Below, one piece after another: positions 29,886-39,189 of a DNA stretch of 64,000 nt; the first letter of the stretch is position 1; every line of letters begins with the position of its first letter. The notes below the pieces were generated by a model. That model did no database searches and was not told the origin of the DNA. It was given only the letters and a program-made list of their open reading frames with translations. Origin of the DNA: an uncultured Nannocystaceae bacterium (GTDB lineage: Bacteria; Myxococcota_A; Bradymonadia; UBA7976; UBA1532); the NCBI GenBank assembly GCA_964402225.1, contig CAYOBQ010000002.1, positions 27,594-91,593 of the forward strand, written 5' to 3'. Both the position numbers and the translations under genes were made by a program.

Positions 29886-32633
29886 TCAGCCGCTGAGATC
29901 GACGCGTCGGCACAGCAACGTGTGGAAGCCCGTGGGCGCCAGCGCGTCCCGGCGACCGCTGCTGAAGTCGGTGGCCACGTCGCGCATCAGAAACGGCTGC
30001 GCGTCGTAGCGTCGAACGACGTCGTCGACGGAGACCGCGGCGGCCCACGACGGCGCGACCTCGATGGCCAGATCGCGGTTGGCCGCCAGCGTGCCCTCGT
30101 TTTGCAGGACCAGCCCGCCCTCGCAGACCAACCGCGAGCGCACCCGACCTTCGAGCTGTCCGCTCGTCTTCAGCGCGAGGTGCTCGCCGAAGCGGACGTC
30201 GGCGCGCGCGTCGGTCCAGGGGGCCACCGTGACCCGAGCCACGGCGTGGGCGTCGCCGGACCGTAGCCGGTGCAGACCCGCCTCGAGTCGCAGGAAGCCG
30301 TAGGGCCAGGCGCCGCCGAAGGAGAACATCGCGGGCTCATCATCGGCCCGGGGCTCGCGGAGCACGCCGACCCCTCGGTGCTGGGCGCGCGCCCAGGCGA
30401 GGTAGGTGCGCACCAGGAGATCGCGGGCGGGACGCCCCGACGCGCCCAGCGGGGCGACCTCGACCAGCGCGTCCCACTCCCCCTCCCGGCCCAGACGAAC
30501 CAGCTCACGCCAGCCGCGCTCGAGCGCGTCCTCGAGGCGGACCAGGGCGTGGGCCGCGCGGTCGACCAGAGCGCGGGTGTCCGCCGCCGCGTGGGCGTCC
30601 CGAAGACCGGCGAGCTCGTCGCGCAGCCGGTCGAGGCGATCACACGTCGCGTTGAGGCGCCCGAGGTCGCGGAGGTCCCGGGCCGCCGCGGCGGAGTCGT
30701 TCCAGAACTCGGGCTGGGCGCGCAGCTCCGTGACGCGCTCGCGCTCGCGGTGCAGGAACGGCTCGTCGAGGGTGCCAGCGAGGGTTTGGAGACGCGCCCC
30801 CGCCGCGTTGATGGCCTGCCCGATGGCGGCGCGATCGAGCTTGCGCCCGGGGACGGGCTCGACGGGCGCGTGCTCACGGGCGTGGGCGCGGCTGCTGGGC
30901 GTGTCGACGACGCTGACGCGCACATGGCCGTCGCGGGCGCGGGCGCGCAGGATCGAGCCTGGCTCCACGGCCCGCTCCATCAGGGTCATCGCGAGGGGCA
31001 AGACCAGCCGGCGCTGGAGCTCGCGCTTCAGGGCCCGGGCGCCGTAGCGGATCTCGTAGCCGCGGGCGATGAGCTGGTCGAGGGTCTCGTCGTCGACATC
31101 GACCACCAGGTTCCGGCGGGTCACGCCCTCCCGCGCCAGGATCCGGTCGAGCTCCTGGCGGGCGACGCGGCGCACCTGTCCCTCGTCGAGGGGATGGAAG
31201 ACGGCGACGTGCTGGAACCGGTTGAGCAGCTCCGGGCGAAACGCCCGCTCCAGCGCCTCCACCGTGCGCGACCGCCGCTCCGAGGCGTCGACGGAGCCAC
31301 CGAAGCCCACCGCGCGGTCGGCGTCTGAGGCCCCGACGTTCGAGGTTGCGATGAGGATCGTGTTGCGGAAGTCGACGGCGCGGCCACCGGGGGTCGTGAG
31401 CCGGCCCTCGTCGAGCAACGGCAACAGCATGTCCCAGACGTTCTCGTGGGCCTTCTCGAGCTCGTCGAAGAGCACCACCTGGAACGGGTGGGCCCGCACC
31501 GGATCGACCAGTCGCGCCGGGCGGCTGGGCTCGCGGGGGTTGCCCAGCAGCAGCTCGAAGGCGTGGTAGTCCTTGAACTCGCTGAGATCGAAGCGCAGCA
31601 AGCGGTGTGGGCTCCCGAAGAGGAAGGTGGCCAGCGCCCGGGCCAGCTCCGTCTTCCCAACGCCGGTCGGGCCGACGAAGAGGAAGGTGCCGATCGGCCG
31701 GGCCGGATCGCGCAGTCCCGCCTTGAACAACGCGATGGTCTCGACGACGGCCTCGATGGCCTCCGTCTGACCCACGATGCGCTCGGTAAACCACGCGCGG
31801 ATCTCGCGGGCCGGCACGGTGGCGTGGGGTGAGACGACGAAGAGCGGGAGCCCGCTGTAGATCGAGAAGACGCGCTCCACGAAGTCGGCCGTGAGCGGCT
31901 CGGCCTCGCCCTTGGCGCGCTTCGACTCGAGGTAGGCGCGCACCTGCTCGAGCATCGTCAGCGCCGGGCCGGGTTGCGTGCGCGTGTGGCCGAAGGTGCC
32001 CGTGAGATCGATCAGCCGCCCGCGGGCGTCGGCGTCGAGATCGAGGCGCGCGCGCTGGGCGGCATCGGCGACGACCTCCTCGACGGTGGACGCGTCGAGG
32101 GGCGCGACGGGGTGTTGGTGGAACTGGGTCAGCAGCAGGGGGTGACGCTCCATCTGCCGGAGCTGCTCGGGCTGCGCCTCGCCCAGCAGCACCAGCCCCT
32201 CCTCGAGGTAGGGCGCCAGCGCGTCGAGCATGTTGCGATGGCTGTTCGAGCTGCGACCGGCGTCGGGGAGGTGCCACACGTCGGTGACGCAGAGCACCTT
32301 CCGCTCCGCGATCGCCCGCTTGGCGACGGCGGTGACCTTCGACTCCCACTCGCCCAGGTACCGCGTGCGACTCATGAGCTGCGTGGTGCTGGTCTGCACG
32401 AGCCCCAACCCGCCGGCGGTCGCGAGGCGCGCGGCGACGGCGTGCACGATGGCCGTCTTGCCCACGCCGGGCTCACCGACCAGCAGCACCGAGCGCCCGC
32501 GGCCGAGAAGATCGGCGACGGCCTTGGCGTCGGCGTCACGGGCCAGGACCGGGGCGAACGCGTGGTCACGGGACGCCGCGAGGAGGTCCCGACAATCGAC
32601 CTCCAGGGCATCATGGAATGCGTCGTCGCTCAT
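29886..32633 (-). CDS. ClpA/ClpB-family double AAA+ ATPase (no Clp N-domain, no M-domain) fused to a C-terminal class-I peptide-chain release-factor-like domain (RF1/RF2 fold, GGQ and codon-recognition motifs not evident)
   Basis: NBD1 Walker A LLVGEPGVGKTAIVHAVAARLA. NBD2 Walker A FLFVGPTGVGKTELARALA, sensor/arginine region VVLFDELEKAHENVWDMLLPLLDEGRLT...NTILIATSN. The C-terminal ~300 aa aligns to the RF2 N- and GGQ-domains: AQPEFWNDSAAAARDLRDLGRL (cf. [22 protein letters not shown]), SFGGAWPYGFLRLEAGLHRLRS (cf. [21 protein letters not shown]), VRRYDAQPFLMRDVATDF...LAPTGFHTLL (cf. [35 protein letters not shown]). Start at MSDDAFHD. Confidence 0.8.
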   Translation of the reverse strand: MSDDAFHDALEVDCRDLLAASRDHAFAPVLARDADAKAVADLLGRGRSVLLVGEPGVGKTAIVHAVAARLATAGGLGLVQTSTTQLMSRTRYLGEWESKVTAVAKRAIAERKVLCVTDVWHLPDAGRSSNSHRNMLDALAPYLEEGLVLLGEAQPEQLRQMERHPLLLTQFHQHPVAPLDASTVEEVVADAAQRARLDLDADARGRLIDLTGTFGHTRTQPGPALTMLEQVRAYLESKRAKGEAEPLTADFVERVFSIYSGLPLFVVSPHATVPAREIRAWFTERIVGQTEAIEAVVETIALFKAGLRDPARPIGTFLFVGPTGVGKTELARALATFLFGSPHRLLRFDLSEFKDYHAFELLLGNPREPSRPARLVDPVRAHPFQVVLFDELEKAHENVWDMLLPLLDEGRLTTPGGRAVDFRNTILIATSNVGASDADRAVGFGGSVDASERRSRTVEALERAFRPELLNRFQHVAVFHPLDEGQVRRVARQELDRILAREGVTRRNLVVDVDDETLDQLIARGYEIRYGARALKRELQRRLVLPLAMTLMERAVEPGSILRARARDGHVRVSVVDTPSSRAHAREHAPVEPVPGRKLDRAAIGQAINAAGARLQTLAGTLDEPFLHRERERVTELRAQPEFWNDSAAAARDLRDLGRLNATCDRLDRLRDELAGLRDAHAAADTRALVDRAAHALVRLEDALERGWRELVRLGREGEWDALVEVAPLGASGRPARDLLVRTYLAWARAQHRGVGVLREPRADDEPAMFSFGGAWPYGFLRLEAGLHRLRSGDAHAVARVTVAPWTDARADVRFGEHLALKTSGQLEGRVRSRLVCEGGLVLQNEGTLAANRDLAIEVAPSWAAAVSVDDVVRRYDAQPFLMRDVATDFSSGRRDALAPTGFHTLLCRRVDLSG

Positions 32634-32694
32634 GCTCCCGCGGTATAGCACCTCTTCCCACGCTCGCGCGTGCGGTGCACGATAGCGCTCACCC

Positions 32695-34035
32695 ATGCGC
32701 GTCCCCCCCATCGCCCTGCTACTCGTTGGCTGCCTCCCGGTGCTCGAGGACGAGTGCAGCGGGGGCGACTGCCCGCAGGGGCGTTGCGTGGCGGGCGTCT
32801 GCGTCGACGAGCCCGATGCGGGCGAGACCCCTGACACCCAGGTCGACGCCCAGATCCCAGACGCCGCCGCCGACGCTCGGGTGCCCGACGCACGTCCCCT
32901 CGACGGCCCCCTCCCCGACGTGCCCCGATCCCCCGAGATCTGCGACGGCGTGGACAACGACGTCGACGGCGCGATCGACGAAGGTGTCTGTGCCTGTCAA
33001 CCGGACGGCGCGCCGCGGGTCTTCGGCGGGCCGGCGGTCGGCCCTCCCTCCCTCGCCGAGAGGGCGGCCGGGACGCCCTCCGCGGCGTGGCTCACGACGA
33101 CCCAGGAGGAGGGCACGAGCCCCTGGCTCTTCATGGGCGAGCGCGAAGGGCCGCTCACCCTCGCCCAGACCCGGGCCGACCTCTTCGGCGCCCCGGTGCT
33201 GGCGCTCCTCGCGGGGCGCCACGTCGCGGTGGCGCGGTACGAAGTCGAGGGCGCCGCGGCGATGGGGTGGTCTCTGGGCGAGGCCGGCCCGGCGGACTCG
33301 TGGGCGCTGCGCAGGCACGACGGTCGCGCTTTCGAGACGCCGAGCGATCTCGGCGGGGCGCGGGTGGGGAGATCGCTGGCGGCGGCCTTCACCCACCAAG
33401 AGGCCGACACCCGCACGCTGAGCCTGGTGCGCCTCGACGCGGACGGGTTCAGCGCGCCGGTCGAGCTCGCGCGCGGCGACTTCACGAGGATGGCGCCAGC
33501 GGTGGCGACGGTCTCGCGCCGACTCCTGGTGGCCGTCGCGCGGGACGAGGGGCGGACGCTGCGGGTGCTCGACGCGATGGGCGACCACGCCCCCGCCGAG
33601 GTGCACCTCGATGGGTTCATCTCGGCGGTTCGGCTGGCCTCACGCCAGCAAGACGACGTCGCCCTGCTCGCGGTGACCTACACGCGGGGGCGCGAGTCGA
33701 TCGCGCGGCTCTTCGTGGTCCGGCTCGCCGACGCGGTCGAGGTCCAGCCGACGGAGTTCGAGGTCGTGGTCCACGACCGGACGACGCCCGCCGTGGGCCG
33801 CACCGACGGCGGCTTCGCCGTGGCCCTGCTGCAGCTCGGAGCGGTGAGGTACCTGCAGTTCGATCTGGCCGGCGTTCAGCTCGGCGAGGCCCACGCCGTG
33901 GAGGTCGTCGACCCCGGCGGCGACGGTGTCGCGGACCTCGCGGTGGCCGCGCGGGGGGCGATGCGCTGGGTCGCCTGGACCCGCTCACGGGGCGCCGAAC
34001 CGGGCCTCGTGATGCAGCCAATGAACTGCCGATAG
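32695..34035 (+). CDS. hypothetical lipoprotein
   Basis: Lipobox LLLVGCLPV. Cys-rich N-terminal module followed by a ~350-aa probable beta-rich domain. No catalytic motif recognised. Confidence 0.55.
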   Translation: MRVPPIALLLVGCLPVLEDECSGGDCPQGRCVAGVCVDEPDAGETPDTQVDAQIPDAAADARVPDARPLDGPLPDVPRSPEICDGVDNDVDGAIDEGVCACQPDGAPRVFGGPAVGPPSLAERAAGTPSAAWLTTTQEEGTSPWLFMGEREGPLTLAQTRADLFGAPVLALLAGRHVAVARYEVEGAAAMGWSLGEAGPADSWALRRHDGRAFETPSDLGGARVGRSLAAAFTHQEADTRTLSLVRLDADGFSAPVELARGDFTRMAPAVATVSRRLLVAVARDEGRTLRVLDAMGDHAPAEVHLDGFISAVRLASRQQDDVALLAVTYTRGRESIARLFVVRLADAVEVQPTEFEVVVHDRTTPAVGRTDGGFAVALLQLGAVRYLQFDLAGVQLGEAHAVEVVDPGGDGVADLAVAARGAMRWVAWTRSRGAEPGLVMQPMNCR

Positions 34036-34093
34036 AGCGAAGCGCTTGCAACCAAGCGCCTGATCACTAGAATCCCCCCCGCCCGCAGCACAG

Positions 34094-34324
34094 ATGGAGA
34101 ACGGGGTGGCCAAGGAAGAGGGAATCACGGTCGAGGGGACGGTCATCGAGCCGCTCCCCAACGCGATGTTTCGCGTAGAACTCGAAAACGGCCACAAGGT
34201 GCTCGCCCACGTCTCCGGGAAGATGCGGAAGTTCTTCATCCGCATCCTCCCCGGCGACAAGGTGACCGTCGAGCTGTCCCCCTACGACCTCACGCGTGGT
34301 CGAATCACCTACCGCGCGCGGTAG
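34094..34324 (+). CDS. infA: translation initiation factor IF-1
   Basis: [68 protein letters not shown] is the canonical S1-like IF-1 sequence. Confidence 0.9.
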   Translation: MENGVAKEEGITVEGTVIEPLPNAMFRVELENGHKVLAHVSGKMRKFFIRILPGDKVTVELSPYDLTRGRITYRAR

Positions 34325-34343
34325 CTCGACCTCTTCAGTCGAG
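34325..34343. terminator. short inverted repeat between convergent infA and trpS (possible bidirectional terminator stem)
   Basis: ctcgacCTCTTCAgtcgag forms a 6-bp stem with a 7-nt loop. No T-tract, as expected for a high-GC genome. Weak call. Confidence 0.2.
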
Positions 34344-35297
34344 GCCGCAGTTGCGACGCGCGCGGCTCAGCACCTCGCGCGCGACGACGCGAGCCTTCTC
34401 GGCGCCGGCCTGGAGAACCGCCTCGACCTCGTCGGGGCGCTGGTCGTAGGCGTCACGCCGGTCCCGCATCTCACCGAAGTGCTCGTCGATCTTGGCGAGC
34501 AGCGCGAGCTTCGCGTGCCCGTAGCCGTAGCCGCCAGCGCGGTAGAGCTCGGCCATCTCCGCCTTCTCGTCGGCGCTCGCCATCAGCGAGTACAGGGCGA
34601 AGACCGTGCACTTGTCGGGATCCTTGGCGCCCTCGAGGGGCGTCGAGTCAGTCTTGATCGCCATCACCAGCTTCTTCAGCGCCTTGCCGCGGGCGAAGAT
34701 GGGGATGGCGTTGCCGTAGCTCTTCGACATCTTGGTGCCGTCGAGGCCGGGGACCGCCTCCGGGACACCGAGGTGGTGCCTCGGTAGCACGAAGGTCTCG
34801 CCGTACTTCGTGTTGAAGTGCGTCGCCATGTCGCGGGTCATCTCGACGTGCTGGACCTGGTCGGGCCCAACCGGGACCACCTTCGAGTCATAGAGCAGGA
34901 TGTCGGCGGCCATGAGGACCGGGTAGTAGAACAACGACACGCTGGCGGCGATGCCCCGGGCCTTCTTGTCCTTGTAGGAGTGGGCGCGCTCCAGCAGCCC
35001 CATCCCGGTCACGCTCGCCAGCAGCCACGCCAGCTCCGTCACCTCGGGCACGTCGGACTGCCGGAAGAAGACCGCGCGCTCGGGGTCGAGCCCGCAGGCG
35101 AGATACGTCGCCGCGAGGTCGAAGACGTTCCCTCGCAGCGTCGCGGCGTCGCCGCTGCTGGTCAGCGCGTGGTAGTCGGCGATGAAGTAGAAGGCGTCGT
35201 CCTGGGTGGCGACGTGCTGACGAATCGCCCCGAAGTAGTTGCCTAGGTGTTGCAGCCCCGAGGGCTGAATCCCGGATAGGTGCCGCTCGCCCGCCAT
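34335..35297 (-). CDS. trpS: tryptophan--tRNA ligase
   Basis: SGIQPSGLQHLGNY (TrpRS-type HIGH region) and KMSKSYGNAI (KMSKS). About 320 aa, the size of a class Ic synthetase. Confidence 0.9.
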   Translation of the reverse strand: MAGERHLSGIQPSGLQHLGNYFGAIRQHVATQDDAFYFIADYHALTSSGDAATLRGNVFDLAATYLACGLDPERAVFFRQSDVPEVTELAWLLASVTGMGLLERAHSYKDKKARGIAASVSLFYYPVLMAADILLYDSKVVPVGPDQVQHVEMTRDMATHFNTKYGETFVLPRHHLGVPEAVPGLDGTKMSKSYGNAIPIFARGKALKKLVMAIKTDSTPLEGAKDPDKCTVFALYSLMASADEKAEMAELYRAGGYGYGHAKLALLAKIDEHFGEMRDRRDAYDQRPDEVEAVLQAGAEKARVVAREVLSRARRNCGLD

Positions 35298-35344
35298 TCT
35301 CGCCTCCCTTTGAGTCGCGGCGCGACGCTACGCGGACTCCGGCG

Positions 35345-36016
35345 CTAGAACAAGCGTCCGCGCGGCTTGGCGACCATGCCCTCCATCATCAGCGCGACCA
35401 ACCCGCGGCCGAGCTCCGCGGGGGTCGCTTCGAGCTGCTCCGGGTGGTCGAGGTACCAGGCGGCGAGGCGCTCGATGGCGCCGACCACGGCGAGGGCGCT
35501 GACGGCGGGGGGGACATCGGCGCGAAAGACGTCGCTTTGGTGCCCTCGCTCGGCCAGCTCGATGGCCCGCTGCGCGACCGCCCGCGAGAGCTCGGCGATG
35601 GCGACCCGCGCCCCGTGGGCGGGGCCGCGGCTCTCCTGGAGGTAGATGCGGACCAGCGCGGGGTTGTTCGCGATGTGCGGGGCGAGCTCGGCGGCGAGGG
35701 CCTCGTGGGCGGCGCTGAAGTCGGCCAGCTTGCGGGCGCCACGCACCGCGGCCCCGCAACGATCCAACGCCGCCGCGACCGCCTGGTAGAGCGGATCGAA
35801 CATCACCCGTACGAGATCGTCCTTGTCCTCGAAGTAGCGATAGAAGCTGCCCTTCGCGACGCCCGCCGCGGCGACGATCTGATCGATGGTGGTGACATCG
35901 ACCCCGTGCTCGACGAACAGCGGCTGGGCGGCGGAGGCGATCTGCTCCCGGCGCCGCTTGCGGTTCTGGTCGCGCTTGCCGCCGGGCCGCCCCGGACGAA
36001 GCGGAGGGTCGTTCAT
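35345..36016 (-). CDS. TetR/AcrR-family transcriptional regulator
   Basis: RKRRREQIASAAQPLFVEHGVDVTTIDQIVAAAGVAKGSFYRYFEDKDDLV is the TetR N-terminal HTH signature. Confidence 0.8.
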   Translation of the reverse strand: MNDPPLRPGRPGGKRDQNRKRRREQIASAAQPLFVEHGVDVTTIDQIVAAAGVAKGSFYRYFEDKDDLVRVMFDPLYQAVAAALDRCGAAVRGARKLADFSAAHEALAAELAPHIANNPALVRIYLQESRGPAHGARVAIAELSRAVAQRAIELAERGHQSDVFRADVPPAVSALAVVGAIERLAAWYLDHPEQLEATPAELGRGLVALMMEGMVAKPRGRLF

Positions 36017-36488
36017 GGCCGGAGAGTACAACAACAACGCACCAGCGCTATCCTCGCGAGGTGGACATCCAAGCCGCCCGGTCCATGTCGACCTCGGCGT
36101 CCCGCCGCGGGACCCGAAGCAGGCCGCGGTCGACCACTGGGAAGACCTGCTGACGCTGGCCCACCGCTTGGAGAGCCTGTGGCCAGATCGGCGCCTCGAT
36201 CTGGTGGTCCTCGGTCATCAGGGCCCGCTGTTCTGCCACCAGGTCCTCCTCGAGGGTCGCCTGCTCTACGACGCAGACCCGGATCGACGCGTCGACTTCT
36301 TCCGAGGTCGCCTGGACCACCTCGCCCGGATCCCCCACTCCAGCCTCCAAGACGGTGCGGTACAGTCCCGGCGCGGCGACCTGGAGCGGGTGCTCGGCGA
36401 TCTGCTGGCGTCGCTCGAGGATTGAGGGCCCGCCGGGGGCGCGCGACGCGGCTGTCAACGCGTACGATTCGTGGCATCTTCTCGGCGG

Positions 36489-37364
36489 ATGAACTTCCGC
36501 GTCCTGCTGCCCGACCTCACGCCCACAGACGAGCGCCTGGCTCGCCTCACGGCCGCGGTGGGCGACGTCCTGGGGCTGTCGGCCGAGCAGCTCGCGAGCC
36601 GCGCCAGCGCTCGGCCCGCCTGGCTGGCTGACCTCTCGAGTCGCGCCGACGCCACCCGGGTCGCCGAGTCCGTCGAGCGTCACTATGGCCTGCGCACTTC
36701 AGTCGCCCCCTCGATCGGCCGCCCTTTCCCTGATCTGGAAGCGCTGGTGGACGCCATCGAGGGCTCCACTACGACCGACGGCATCCCGGCCCCCGCGGCG
36801 ACCCCGCCGCCACCCGACGAGGTCCCCGGGCCGGGCGACCCGCGCGGGTGGCCGGTCTGCGGCGGACCGATCCCCACGCACGAGGCGCCCCGCGTCCCCT
36901 GGCCGCCCCCCCCGCGGGAGGAGGTCCCCGACGACCAGGGCCCTGCGGCGGAGACCCTCGCCTTCGAGGTCGACCCCTTCGAGATGACCGCTCCCGCGGG
37001 GAGCGCCGCCGCGCGCGCCGCGGCGTTGGAGGAGCAGCGCTCCCCCGTGACCGCGCCTCACCTCACGGACGCCTGGCGCGTCGAGGACACGCTGGCCCCC
37101 GTCGATGACCCCGCCGACGACGGCCTCGAGCTCGACTGGGACCGCGGGCGTGCCTCTCCGGCGGCCTCGACGCCGGCGCCGAGCGGGACCGCCTCCGCCG
37201 GCTGGCTGCCCCCGCCGAGCCCGGCGGAGCTCGAGGGCCCCCGCCACGAGTACGACCCGCGCGCGTGGGTCGTGTGGGGCGGCGTCCTGCTCGCCCTCGC
37301 CGCGGTCGTCCTGGTGGGGAGCCCCACCTTGATCATCATGCTGTTGAAGATGGGGACCTCCTGA
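36489..37364 (+). CDS. proline-rich hypothetical protein with C-terminal membrane anchor
   Basis: Start MNFRVLLPDL. Long Pro-rich low-complexity centre. C-terminal TM AWVVWGGVLLALAAVVLVGSPTLIIMLL. Stop overlaps the next gene's start (TGATG). Confidence 0.45.
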   Translation: MNFRVLLPDLTPTDERLARLTAAVGDVLGLSAEQLASRASARPAWLADLSSRADATRVAESVERHYGLRTSVAPSIGRPFPDLEALVDAIEGSTTTDGIPAPAATPPPPDEVPGPGDPRGWPVCGGPIPTHEAPRVPWPPPPREEVPDDQGPAAETLAFEVDPFEMTAPAGSAAARAAALEEQRSPVTAPHLTDAWRVEDTLAPVDDPADDGLELDWDRGRASPAASTPAPSGTASAGWLPPPSPAELEGPRHEYDPRAWVVWGGVLLALAAVVLVGSPTLIIMLLKMGTS

Positions 37365-38017
37365 TGGAGGCCTTCCGCTGGATCGGACACGGATTCAGCC
37401 TCTTCGCGTCGGCCCCCGGGAGCTGGGCGCTCCTGACGCTGGTCGGGGGGGTGCTCTACGTGTTGCCGTTCGCGATTCCCCTGTACGGCATCCTGCTTGG
37501 CTCCTGGGCCCTACCGGGCCTGTACGCCGCCCTCTTCCTCGCCGCCGACGCCGCTGACCACCGCGAGCCCATCACGCTTGGTCTCCTCGTCGACGCTTGG
37601 GACTGGCGCCGCGCGCGGACCCTGATCCGGGTCGGCGGCCTGGCGCTCGCCGCGAACGCCTTCCAGGTCCTCCTCCAACTGCACGCCGCGGACGTGGATC
37701 CCACGGGCCGCATGGCCGGGATGGACTGGGAGAACCTGGTCATCCTCGTCGCGATCGACCTGGTGCTCTCGGTCTACTTCATGCTGACCGTCGCGTTGAT
37801 CACCCTCACCAACGCCTCCGCGGCGGAGGCGCTCACGGACGCGGGCACGGCCATCTTCGCCCGCCCGCTCCACATCAGCCTGCTGGTGCTGGTCGTCTCG
37901 ATCGTGACCCTGCTCGGCGCGGCTTCCATCGTCGGCCTGCTGATCGCGCTCCCCGTGACCTTCGCCACCGTCTACTACGCGGCCCGCGACCTCTACGGCC
38001 TGGAGGGGAGCGATTGA
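37364..38017 (+). CDS. integral membrane protein (5-6 TM), unknown function
   Basis: MEAFRWIGHGFSLFASAPGSWALLTLVGGVLYVLPFAIPLYGILLG... Hydrophobic helices throughout. Translationally coupled on both sides. Confidence 0.55.
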   Translation: MEAFRWIGHGFSLFASAPGSWALLTLVGGVLYVLPFAIPLYGILLGSWALPGLYAALFLAADAADHREPITLGLLVDAWDWRRARTLIRVGGLALAANAFQVLLQLHAADVDPTGRMAGMDWENLVILVAIDLVLSVYFMLTVALITLTNASAAEALTDAGTAIFARPLHISLLVLVVSIVTLLGAASIVGLLIALPVTFATVYYAARDLYGLEGSD

Positions 38018-38028
38018 AGCGCCTGCGC

Positions 38029-39189
38029 ATGAAGTGCGCCGGCTGCGGTCGCGTCGTCCCCGTCGGCCACCAGCCCTGCCCCAAATGCGACCATCTCCCC
38101 ACGTGTCGCGTGAAGGCACTCGGCCCCCCGGGGCACCTGCCCGAACGACTCGCGCGAGCCCTCGGCCAACGCGGCTACGACGCCGAAGCCGTCCGCCGCG
38201 CGCTGCGGGTCGAGGCCGATGGTGCCCTGCTCGACGCGTCGGGGGACCGCCTCGGTGTGCTGCTGCGCTTCCTGGAAGCGACCCAGACCGAGCTGGTCGT
38301 CGCCCCCCTCGACGCCGAGGGGAACGCGATGGCGGCGGCGATCGAGGCGAAGGGACCGCCCGTCGGCCTCCTCGTTCTCGCGGCCATCGCGGCGGCGGGC
38401 ATCACGTCGGTGGCCCTGCGCCTCGCCGGGGTCGGCGCCGTGGAGCCCCTCCCCGTCGCGGTGGCCGAGCCGGACGCCGCCGTCGCCGCCCGGGTGACTC
38501 CAGACGCCACGACGCCCCCGGAGCCCAGCAGATCCGCCGCCGACGCGGCGCCGCCGACCCACGTGCCCGACGCCGGCGTCGCCCCCGCGCGAGCGGCTGA
38601 GGCGAGGGCACGCGACGCGACGGTCATCCTCCGCCTGCCGAGCGGGCGCGTCGCCGCCGGGCTCCTGGTGACCCGGGAGGGCCACATCCTCACCCAGCTC
38701 AGCCTCCTGGCCGACGCCCGGGAGGTGAAGGTGCGATTCGCCGACGACACCTCCGCCGTCGCCCGCCGCGCCCGCGACCACGCGGCCCACGACCTCGCGG
38801 TCCTGCGGGTCGTCGGCGGCGCGACCGCCACCCCGGCGTCCTTGGACGGCGCCGCAACGCTCAGACGGGGCGACGAGGTCCTCGTCGTGGGCTCACCGGT
38901 GGGCGGCGACTTCGCCATCTCCCGGGGCCGGATCACCCGCCACGAGGTGTGGCTCGGCGCGCGCCCCGCGTTCCGAATCGACGCCCTCACGGGCCCCCGG
39001 CACAGCGGCGGTGCGGTCTTCGACGCCCGCGGGACGGTGGTCGGCCTGCTCACGGACAACACCCGGCGCGCAGACACCGGCTACGCGCTCTACATCGAGT
39101 TGGCCTACCAAGGCGACGCGGTCCTGACCCCGATCCTCGGACGTCACCCGCGCAGCCCCGCCTTCGCCGGGCTGAAGCCCCGCCGTTGA
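38029..39189 (+). CDS. membrane-anchored trypsin-like (S1/DegP-type) serine peptidase with N-terminal zinc ribbon
   Basis: CAGCGRVVPVGHQPCPKCDH zinc ribbon. TM LLVLAAIAAAGITSVAL. Chymotrypsin-fold motifs HDLAVLRV (Asp region) and GPRHSGGAVFDARGTVVGL (GxSGG Ser). The stop overlaps the recC start. Start could alternatively be TTG 38014. Confidence 0.65.
   Translation: MKCAGCGRVVPVGHQPCPKCDHLPTCRVKALGPPGHLPERLARALGQRGYDAEAVRRALRVEADGALLDASGDRLGVLLRFLEATQTELVVAPLDAEGNAMAAAIEAKGPPVGLLVLAAIAAAGITSVALRLAGVGAVEPLPVAVAEPDAAVAARVTPDATTPPEPSRSAADAAPPTHVPDAGVAPARAAEARARDATVILRLPSGRVAAGLLVTREGHILTQLSLLADAREVKVRFADDTSAVARRARDHAAHDLAVLRVVGGATATPASLDGAATLRRGDEVLVVGSPVGGDFAISRGRITRHEVWLGARPAFRIDALTGPRHSGGAVFDARGTVVGLLTDNTRRADTGYALYIELAYQGDAVLTPILGRHPRSPAFAGLKPRR

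Noticed and set aside
36015-36425. 137-aa plus-strand ORF (MAGEYNNN...) divergent from the TetR gene
   Set aside because: Its ATG overlaps the TetR start codon on the opposite strand, leaving no room for promoters. There is no motif and no internal alternative start. Most likely spurious; left unannotated.
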